Made by a program: the position numbers and the translations under genes
Origin: an uncultured delta proteobacterium
Lineage (GTDB): Bacteria > Desulfobacterota > Desulfomonilia > UBA1062
Reading direction: 5' to 3'
Length of the DNA stretch: 64,000 nucleotides
Assembly (NCBI GenBank): GCA_963752595.1
Contig: CAVVYZ010000017.1
Span: forward strand, 32,001 to 96,000
In this document: one piece after another, positions 56,176-64,000 of the stretch
How positions within the stretch are numbered: position 1 is the stretch's first letter
Layout: each line of letters begins with the position of its first letter
Notes under the pieces: generated by a model
The model's input: the letters and a program-made list of their open reading frames with translations, nothing else
The model's database searches: none
Told to the model about the DNA's origin: nothing

Positions 56176-56771
56176 TAAAAGCCCCCTTTCAATTTTAGAT
56201 TCAGCCCCATCTGGATGAGACTATGTGAAACCAGGCTGTTCACGATAAGAATGATGACGATCACCAGAGCAGGGGAGAGATCGATCCCGCCGAATACCAG
56301 CGGAAGCCGCCTGCGGAACCAGGAGAATAAGGGCTCCGTGAATGCGGAGAGGATGCGCACGATGGGATTGTATGGATTGGGGCTCACGAATGAGATGACC
56401 GCTGCAATGATAACGATCATGAGATAGAAATTCAGGAGCATGATGATCGACTGGCCTGCGCCGATGAGGATGTTCGCTACAACATTTCCACCTTCCATGA
56501 GCGACGGGACAAAGGCGCTGTCGATAAAGGTGATGATCGCAATAGCTATGACGGGCGAGAAATCGATCCCGCCCACGATCAGCGGCAGATTCCTCCTGAG
56601 CCAGAAAAACAGAGGGTCTGTAACCCTGCGGAGAAACCGGACGATGGGGTTGAACGGATCAGGGTTCACCCAAGAGATCAATGCGCCGATGACAATGATC
56701 CATAAGTAAATGTTCAGTCCGATATGCAGTATTTGCCCGACTACGGTAAGGAGATTGTTCATCCCATCCAT
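56175..56771 (-). CDS. YggT family membrane protein with two YGGT repeats
   Basis: NPDPFNPIVR...GGIDFSP and SPNPYNPIVR...GGIDLSP. Confidence 0.9.
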   Translation of the reverse strand: MDGMNNLLTVVGQILHIGLNIYLWIIVIGALISWVNPDPFNPIVRFLRRVTDPLFFWLRRNLPLIVGGIDFSPVIAIAIITFIDSAFVPSLMEGGNVVANILIGAGQSIIMLLNFYLMIVIIAAVISFVSPNPYNPIVRILSAFTEPLFSWFRRRLPLVFGGIDLSPALVIVIILIVNSLVSHSLIQMGLNLKLKGGF

Positions 56772-56934
56772 GCTTCCCTCCCGGAATGCTCATAGGGAAA
56801 ATATCCATTCCTCTATTGCCGTTTTCGTGATGAGAATGCAAGGGTTTTTCAGGAAGAAGAAAGCTGACTTCCCAATGCCCCTGATGCAAGAAACCCTGCT
56901 TGCGATCCCAGACAAGCTCTGATAAATCTAAATT

Positions 56935-59900
56935 GTGAAGTTGAAGAGGGTTGAAATCAAGGGCTTCAAATCAATTGCCAAAAAAACATCCCTGTCCATT
57001 GCGGATGGCATCACCTGTATAGCCGGACCCAATGGATGCGGGAAGAGCAATATTATCGACGCAGTACGTTGGTCGCTGGGCGAGCAGTCGAACAGATCTC
57101 TGCGAGCCGGATCCATGAACGAAGTGATATTTTCCGGTACCCAGGATACAGGCCCCGGCTCCATGGCTGAGGTGACGCTCGAATTCGTGCGGGACAGCGG
57201 TTATTTTCCCAAGACCCTCGACGGGTTCGAAGAGGTCTCCATCACCAGGAGACTCTTCACCTCGGGTGAGAGCGTCTATTCCTTAAACGGCGTCAAATGC
57301 CGGCTCAAGGATATCACCGACCTCTTCCTGGATACCGGCCTTGACCGTCATGGATACGCTATTGTCGAACAGGGCAAGGTAAAGGACATCATCCAGTCCC
57401 GTCCGGAAGACATCCGCTACCTCATCGAAGAAGCTGCCGAGGTCGGCAAGTTCCGCATCAAACGCATCGATGCCGTGAAACGCCTGGAGGCGACGGCCGT
57501 CAACCTCGACCGTGTCAAGGATCTCCTCTCTGAGGTATCGATGCAGAGGGACGACCTGAAGTCCCAGGCGAACAAGGCCCGCAGGTATCAGGGCGTACGC
57601 TCGGAGATAAATGAACTTACAAAGATTCTGTGGGCATACGAGATCGGGAAGATCAAGGACAGGAAGACAAAACTCGAAATCGAGAGCGTTGAGATAGGCG
57701 GGCGTCTCGATGCTTTTAAAAGGCAGCATGAGGAATATGTACAGGTACTGAAGGAGCATGACACGAAGGCTTCGGTAATCCGTCAGAAGATCGAGGATGT
57801 CAGGCGGGAAATGAATGAAGCGCAGTCGAGAGAACTCCTGGCCCTCAGAGAGATAGAGGGAAGCGAGAACAGGAAACAGGATATCTCTTCGACGCTGGAC
57901 ATGCTTCAAGCCCGCATCGAGCAGATGGGCCGCACAAGGGAGGATCTCTCAAAAAAGCAGGAGCAGGGAACGATGGAACTGGAAAACCTCCTGCAGGAGA
58001 TCTCTCGGCTTAAAGGGGAGATGGACTCCCGTTCCGGGCACCTTGAGGCCGCCAGGACGGCATACCAGAAACTTGAAAACGAGTACAACCAGGGGAGGGC
58101 CGGGCTCTTCGATGCAATCGGTCATGCCAGGGCTGTGGACCAGAGAACGGCCTCCATGGAAACCAGGAGCCAGGAGATCGTATCCAACTCGGAAAAGAGG
58201 GGAAAAGACCTCGCCGAGCTCTCCGAAAAGCGGGCAGCCCTGGAGGAGAGATTGAATTCCCTGGAGGCAGAGCTCGCTTTGAAGCGGGCAGGAAAAGATG
58301 ACCTCGATGCCGCCATCCATACCCTGGACGAACGCATCCAGGGATTACAGACGGAGATCGAGGCGTGCTCGCATGAAGTGGTGGGCCTCGAGAAGACGCA
58401 TGCTCACCTCCTGGCCAAGATCTCCATGCTCGATCGCATCATCAAATCGAGCACCATGCCCATCCCTCCCGATCTGTCCAGGCTCAACGGGTCAAAGCGC
58501 GTTGCTGATGCCTTGCGGGTCAAGGCAGGGTTCGAGGAGACAGTAGGCAGGTCCATGGGTAGCACGCTCGATTACCTGATAGTTCATGATCATAAAGAGA
58601 TCCTGGAGTATGAGGCCATCCAGGATGGAGGCCCGGGATACATCCCCAAAAAGCCCCATTTGGAAAACGGGTGGGGGAAGAAGCACCCCAAGGGCAAGGG
58701 TGTCATTGCCCCCTTGAGCGAGCTCGTAGAGGCGCATGAGGGGTACGAGGACGTCATTCATGCCTTGTCCCGGGACATGGTGGTGGTGGAAGACATCCAT
58801 TGCGCGATCTTGCTGTGGAACGAGGGCAAGAGGTCATGCTCACTCGTCGCGAAAGACGGAACCATCCTTGAACCGACAGGGGTGGTCCGAACCACTGCCG
58901 CAATGGAAAAATACGCTGAAGGCTTGAAGGCCAAGGCGGAAATGCAAGAGACGGAAAAACAGAAGATTTTTCTGGAACAGGACATAGCAGGCAGGAGCGA
59001 AAGACTTCACTCGCTAAGGGCAGAGCTTCAAAGGCTGAAGCAGGAACTCGATGGAGCAAGAGAAAAAGATCGGGAGATGAAGGCCCAAATCGATGCACTG
59101 ACGGAAAAGAGGCATGGCGAAGCCAGGGAGATGGACCGGTTCTCCGAACGTGAGCTCTCTTTCCGCCGCGACATCGAGATGTGGAATGACATGGCGAAAA
59201 AGCTCAGCGGTGACCTTTCTTCCCTTGCCCTTGAAAAAGAGAAACTCGACTGCCGGATCGAGATGCTGCAGGAAGAGGTGCGGAATCTCGAGGCTGGAAG
59301 GCTTTCGGCAAAGCAGACCCTCGATCAGGCGCAGAGTGCGATCGGCGCTCATGCGACGAGGATGGGCGCACTCAAGGTCCTGATTTCCTCAAAGCAGGAG
59401 ATGCTCCAGGCGGTCGAAGAGCAGATCGAGGGCATATCCCGGGAGATTGCAGGGGACGAAGCCAAGAGAAGAGAGCTTCAATCCACCAGGGATACGGTCC
59501 TGGATGCCCTGGAAAAGGCAAAGGCAGGGCTGGCGAGGGCCGGGGAGGAGACGCTGAAAGCCGGCGATCTTTTGAAGGAGCTCCTGCCCGAATACGATGA
59601 GGTAGCGGACACCCTGAACTCCCTCACGCGGAACAGGGAAGAGTGCCGGGAAAACCTCGACCTGCTCGAAAAGTCGAGAAGCGATATCATGCTCAAAGGC
59701 AAGGAGCTGGAGATCTCCCTGTCTATGGGGCTGGAGCGTTTCAATTCCCGGTTTGCCAAAGAGCCGCTGCCTCCGGTCCCGGACCATTTCAACCCCGACG
59801 AGGCGCGGGAAAAGGTGGAGAGGGCAGAGGCCAGGATCGAGAAGATGGGACAGATCAACTTCGCATCCCTCGATGCCTATGAGCAGGTCGCAGGCCAGGT

Positions 59901-60443
59901 GGGATGATCTCCACCGGCAGTACGAGGATGTCGTCCAGGCAAGCACCCGGCTGAAAGAAGTCATTGCCGGCATCGAGCAGCAGAGCATGAAGGCATTTAT
60001 GGCCACCTTCGAGCTGATAAAGACCCATTTCCAGGAGCTCTTCACCACCATGTTCGGAGGCGGGAAAGGCGGATCTCGTCCTCGCTGAGGGCAATCCCCT
60101 GGAGGCCGGAGTAGAGATCCTCGCCTGCCCGCCGTTCAAGAAACTCAAGTCCATGAGCCTGCTCTCGGAAGGTGAAAAGACCTTGTGCGCTCTGAGCTTT
60201 ATCTTTGCCCTGTTCAAGGTGAGGCCGTCACCTTTCTGTATTCTCGACGAGGTGGATGCGCCGCTGGACGATGCCAATGTGATCCGCTTTAACCGCCTGA
60301 TCCGCTCGTTTTCAAGCGCTTCCCAGTTCATCATGGTCACCCATAACAGGCACACCATGGAAATGGCGGATGTTCTCTACGGAGTGACCTTTGATGTACC
60401 CGGGGTGAGCAAGGTGGTATCCATGGTCCTCCAGGACCTGTAA
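56935..60443 (+). CDS. smc: Chromosome segregation protein SMC, two apparent frameshifts (about 59890 and 60067)
   Basis: GFKS, GPNGCGKSN, coiled coils with hinge; LSEGEK, LDEVDAPLD, MVTH in later frames. Confidence 0.92.
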
Positions 60444-60570
60444 GAGATAAAAAGTTCTCAATTCTGAGAAAACATTTTCCTGTTCGATCGAAAACGCTTG
60501 AAAAATCCTTTTATTTCCCATATGCAAGCTGTGCACATATATTGCAAAGAGAAAATACAAGGATAGAGGT

Positions 60571-61551
60571 ATGCCTCGGGTTATTTCGATCACATCAGGG
60601 AAAGGTGGCGTGGGCAAAAGTAACTTTGTGCTCAACGTCGGCATTTGCCTTGCCATGATGGATCACCGCGTTCAGATCCTCGATGCCGACCTTGGACTTG
60701 CCAATATCGATGTGCTCCTGGGTATCAGGGCCGGCAAGACCCTCGAAGATGTGGTCTTCGGGCGTGTCGAGGCCAAAGACATCCTGGTAAAAACAGACTA
60801 CAAGGTGGAGCTGATCCCCGGCTGCTCAGGCGTCCAGGATATGGCCGACCTCAAGCAGGAAGAGATAGAAGGCCTCGTACAAAAAGTCGTGACGCTGTCG
60901 GATTCTGCCGAATACCTGCTCGTTGACACCGCATCAGGCATCTCAGCGGGTGTTATCTCGTTCCTTCTTGCATCACCGGAGGTAATCGTGGGCGTCAGTC
61001 CGGAGCCGACAAGCCTGACCGATGCCTATGCAATGATCAAGGTGCTCCGGAAGAACGACTATCACGGCAGGATATCCATGTTTTCGAGCATGGTGAAGAA
61101 CAGCACATCCGGTCATGCCCTGTACAAGAAAATAGCTTCCGCCTCCCAGCGCTTCCTCGATACGCACGTGGAATACCTGGGGAGCGTGTATCAGGACGAA
61201 AAGCTCTCAAAAGCGGTGAACGATCAGGTCCCTGCCGTAGTCCGATACCCCACGTCCGATATTTCCCGGTGTTACAGGGTTATTGCCTTGACGCTCCTTG
61301 GCCAGGAGCCTTCCGAAGTGGACCAGGAGAAGTTCTGGACCCGCCTCATTGCGATGCTCTCGAAGGTTTCGAGACCAAGGGTCATGAAGGCTGTTTCGTT
61401 CAACGGCGAAGAGGTCAACGGTACTATCGAGAACACCATTCACGATATCCTTGATGAGCAACGCAAGACCCGGCTCCTCCTGGAACGGCTCGTTGCGAAG
61501 GTCGAGCAGGGTGCGCCGGTTTCAAGGCTGAAAACCGGTCCATTAATATGA
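60571..61551 (+). CDS. MinD/FlhG/FleN family ATPase
   Basis: SGKGGVGKS, DADLGLANID, PEPTSLTDAYA. Confidence 0.88.
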   Translation: MPRVISITSGKGGVGKSNFVLNVGICLAMMDHRVQILDADLGLANIDVLLGIRAGKTLEDVVFGRVEAKDILVKTDYKVELIPGCSGVQDMADLKQEEIEGLVQKVVTLSDSAEYLLVDTASGISAGVISFLLASPEVIVGVSPEPTSLTDAYAMIKVLRKNDYHGRISMFSSMVKNSTSGHALYKKIASASQRFLDTHVEYLGSVYQDEKLSKAVNDQVPAVVRYPTSDISRCYRVIALTLLGQEPSEVDQEKFWTRLIAMLSKVSRPRVMKAVSFNGEEVNGTIENTIHDILDEQRKTRLLLERLVAKVEQGAPVSRLKTGPLI

Positions 61552-62042
61552 TCTCGCCCTATGATACCCCCTGCGGCAGACTTTGGGTTTCAGGAGATAG
61601 CGATACGATTCACCAGGTGAGCTGGGAAGTCATCGACGGCGTTCCCCATCAGGGCGAGCTCGACTGGTTCCTTTCTTCCCTGGACAGCTATTTTTCCCAT
61701 ACGGCCGAGAGTTTTCCCGGTACGCTTTCTTTCCGGGGTACACAGCCCCTCTGGAAAAGTACAGGAAAGCCCGTCCCTCCCCAGAACCTTCACCAGCGAG
61801 TCCTTCACGCCATATCCTGTATCCCCTTCGGTCATCCGGCAGCCTATGGCGAGATAGCGGCCGGCATCGGAAACCCTGGGCTCGCCAGGTTCGTAGGGCA
61901 GGTGTGCAAGCACAATCCGCTCGCCATAGTCGTTCCGTGCCACCGTGTCGTTGCCAAAGGATCCCTCGGAGGGTACAGCCCATGCCTGTTCAGGAAGGAA
62001 ATCCTCCTGAAGCACGAAGGGGTCGATATCGGAAGCCTTTAG
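61548..62042 (+). CDS. Methylated-DNA-protein-cysteine methyltransferase (Ogt-like)
   Basis: IPFG...YGEIA, NPLAIVVPCHRVV. Confidence 0.88.
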   Translation: MISPYDTPCGRLWVSGDSDTIHQVSWEVIDGVPHQGELDWFLSSLDSYFSHTAESFPGTLSFRGTQPLWKSTGKPVPPQNLHQRVLHAISCIPFGHPAAYGEIAAGIGNPGLARFVGQVCKHNPLAIVVPCHRVVAKGSLGGYSPCLFRKEILLKHEGVDIGSL

Positions 62043-62130
62043 CACACAAGGCTTTACCTCCTCCTCAGTTTATTATATTATTTTAAGCTATATTTGACAA
62101 AGAACAGGCAAAAGGCATACGCTAACATCC

Positions 62131-62874
62131 ATGATTGAGAGTCTCATCAAGGCAGTATCCGAAGAAGATCGCAGCAGAAAGGTCTTAAACGCGGTTCTCG
62201 GGCTGGGCTATACCGCTGTAGAAGTGGAAGGCAAGGGTGTCGGATTGAGCGCCAACATTTCCCCTGTTCCCGCCGGATGTACCGTATTCCGGAAGGCGGG
62301 CTCGCTCAAGGGGTCGCCTGCGGGAGAGGTTCTCGATCTGGGCTTAGAGAATGATCTCATCAGCCGCTCGCTCAGCCTCGCAGCGTTCAATGCCGTCAAC
62401 AACAGCCTCTCGCAAGGATACGAGGGGGATGTCTTCGCCAAGATCTCGGTCCGTGAAGGGGACAGGGCAGCCATGGTGGGTTTCATGGCACCGGTCGCCC
62501 GGATGCTACAGGAACGGGGTTTGACGGTGGATGCCTTCGAGCTCAAGGATACGAAAGATGATTGCATCCGTCCCGCTGATGAAATGCAGCAGGCCCTAAT
62601 GCAGGCAGACATTGTTATCCTCACTGCGACAACGCTCATCAACGGGAGCCTGGGAGATGTCCTCAAGATGCCTGTCAAGGCACGGGATGTAATCCTCATG
62701 GGACCGTCTGTACCCATGGCTCCTTTGCTGTTCTCGGCAACACCGATTACTTTTCTTGCCGGCAGCCGGGTCATCAATGGGGAAAAAACGCTTCGAATCG
62801 TTATGGAGGGCGGGGGAACGGAAGTACTGTACCGCCAAGGCGCCATGAAGAAGATCATCCAGGAGGTACGGTAG
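62131..62874 (+). CDS. DUF364 / Rossmann-like family protein
   Basis: MVGFMAP, ADIVILTATTLINGS, MGPS, EGGG. Confidence 0.75.
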   Translation: MIESLIKAVSEEDRSRKVLNAVLGLGYTAVEVEGKGVGLSANISPVPAGCTVFRKAGSLKGSPAGEVLDLGLENDLISRSLSLAAFNAVNNSLSQGYEGDVFAKISVREGDRAAMVGFMAPVARMLQERGLTVDAFELKDTKDDCIRPADEMQQALMQADIVILTATTLINGSLGDVLKMPVKARDVILMGPSVPMAPLLFSATPITFLAGSRVINGEKTLRIVMEGGGTEVLYRQGAMKKIIQEVR

Positions 62875-63876
62875 GTGAAACCCCTAATCGATGCGCATGG
62901 AAGGCAGATCCGCTACGTGAGAATTTCTGTTACGGACCGGTGCAATCTGCGGTGTAAATACTGCATGCCCGCATCCGGGGTCGAGTGGATCCCACATGAG
63001 CGTATCATGCGCTACGAAGAGCTTTTGCGGATAGCGCGCATCTGCTCCTCTCGGGGTGTGGAAAAAGTACGGATTACCGGAGGCGAACCGCTGCTGCGGA
63101 AGGGCATTACGGACTTTATCCGGTGCATCCGGAAGATGGAGGGAATCCAGGATCTCTCGCTGACTACAAACGGTGTGCTGCTGTCATCCATGGCGCATGA
63201 GTTGCAAAACGCCGGCCTGCACCGGCTGAACATAAGTCTCGACACCCTTGACCGTGAAAAATTTATCCGTATAACCGGCGTAGACGCCTTTGAAAGGGTC
63301 GTTGCCGGGATAAAGAAAGCAGTCGATTTGGGGTTTTCGCCGATTAAGATCAATGCAGTGGCCATCAGGGGCATCAATGACGACGAGATCCCATCATTCG
63401 CCGATCTGACGTTGCGGGATGATGTTGAAATCCGCTTTATCGAGCTCATGCCCATGGGGTGCGCGACCCGCTACGGGGATCATGATATTATCGGCTCATC
63501 AGAGATCCGCGGCATGATCGAAGAGAGGTTCGGGGCACTTGAAAGCATCGAATACAACCACGGCCCTGCCCGGGTATTCAGGATCAAAGGCGCCAAGGGC
63601 ATGATCGGAATCATCGGCGCCATGAGCGAGCATACCTTCTGCAGCAGGTGCAACCGCATCAGGATCACGGCGAACGGACATTTAAGGCCATGCCTTTTCT
63701 CGGAAAAAGATATCGATCTGCTCACACCCATGAGGCAGGGGATTCCCGATTCCGAGCTCGAAGCCATGATCGAAGAAGGGGTGAGGATGAAAAAATTGAA
63801 CCACGGCCTCTGTGCAGGAAAATCCGCAACGCCTGGCCAGGGCTGCAAGACGATGATGAATACCCTGGGGGGCTAG
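62875..63876 (+). CDS. moaA: GTP 3',8-cyclase (radical SAM)
   Basis: CNLRCKYC, TGGEPL, CSRCNRIR...PCL, C-terminal GG. Confidence 0.96.
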   Translation: MKPLIDAHGRQIRYVRISVTDRCNLRCKYCMPASGVEWIPHERIMRYEELLRIARICSSRGVEKVRITGGEPLLRKGITDFIRCIRKMEGIQDLSLTTNGVLLSSMAHELQNAGLHRLNISLDTLDREKFIRITGVDAFERVVAGIKKAVDLGFSPIKINAVAIRGINDDEIPSFADLTLRDDVEIRFIELMPMGCATRYGDHDIIGSSEIRGMIEERFGALESIEYNHGPARVFRIKGAKGMIGIIGAMSEHTFCSRCNRIRITANGHLRPCLFSEKDIDLLTPMRQGIPDSELEAMIEEGVRMKKLNHGLCAGKSATPGQGCKTMMNTLGG

Positions 63877-64000
63877 AGAGCTGCCTGTTTGCGAGCCGAA
63901 TCGACCATCTTCGCAAAAGAGAGCAGATCTTTCCGGAAGAGGATCTTGTTCGTATTGAGGAACGAGAGCCCGGACATCTTCTCAGGGTCCTTTTTCCTCG
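63873..64000 (-). CDS. 3' end of an unidentified gene entering from the right edge
   Basis: Open frame ...RKKDPEKMSGLSFLNTNKILFRKDLLSFAKMVDSARKQAAL*, stop overlapping the moaA stop. Confidence 0.45.
   Translation of the reverse strand, partial: RKKDPEKMSGLSFLNTNKILFRKDLLSFAKMVDSARKQAAL

Overview
Core chromosomal region of a bacterium whose gene content and order suggest a deltaproteobacterium (Desulfobacterota-like; this is inference). Genes lie mostly on the minus strand up to about 25 kb: nif3, tRNA-Ile2, pyrRBC, lepB, rml genes, truA, pnp, rpsO, the rimP-nusA-infB-rbfA-truB operon, tRNA-Gly, tatD and suhB. After that they lie mostly on the plus strand: parAB, dnaN, gyrBA, a fadA/fadB pair, rho-rpmE-prfA-prmC-murA-hisD, smc and moaA. 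The strand switch, a parS site and an AT-rich parB-dnaN spacer point to a replication origin, but there is no dnaA in the window and the spacer carries variant TTWWRAACV boxes rather than TTATCCACA. The most unusual gene (927-2693) encodes a 588-aa protein that keeps the GAPDH motifs in order, including the catalytic Cys and His, with large insertions and no C-terminal part of the fold. Other features are one IS5-like element, an HDOD plus GAF/adenylate-cyclase pair, an actinobacterial-type beta-oxidation operon with a TetR-like operator, a likely CC-adding enzyme and several candidate leaderless genes. About 11 single-base frameshifts, many in essential genes, most likely reflect sequencing or assembly errors.
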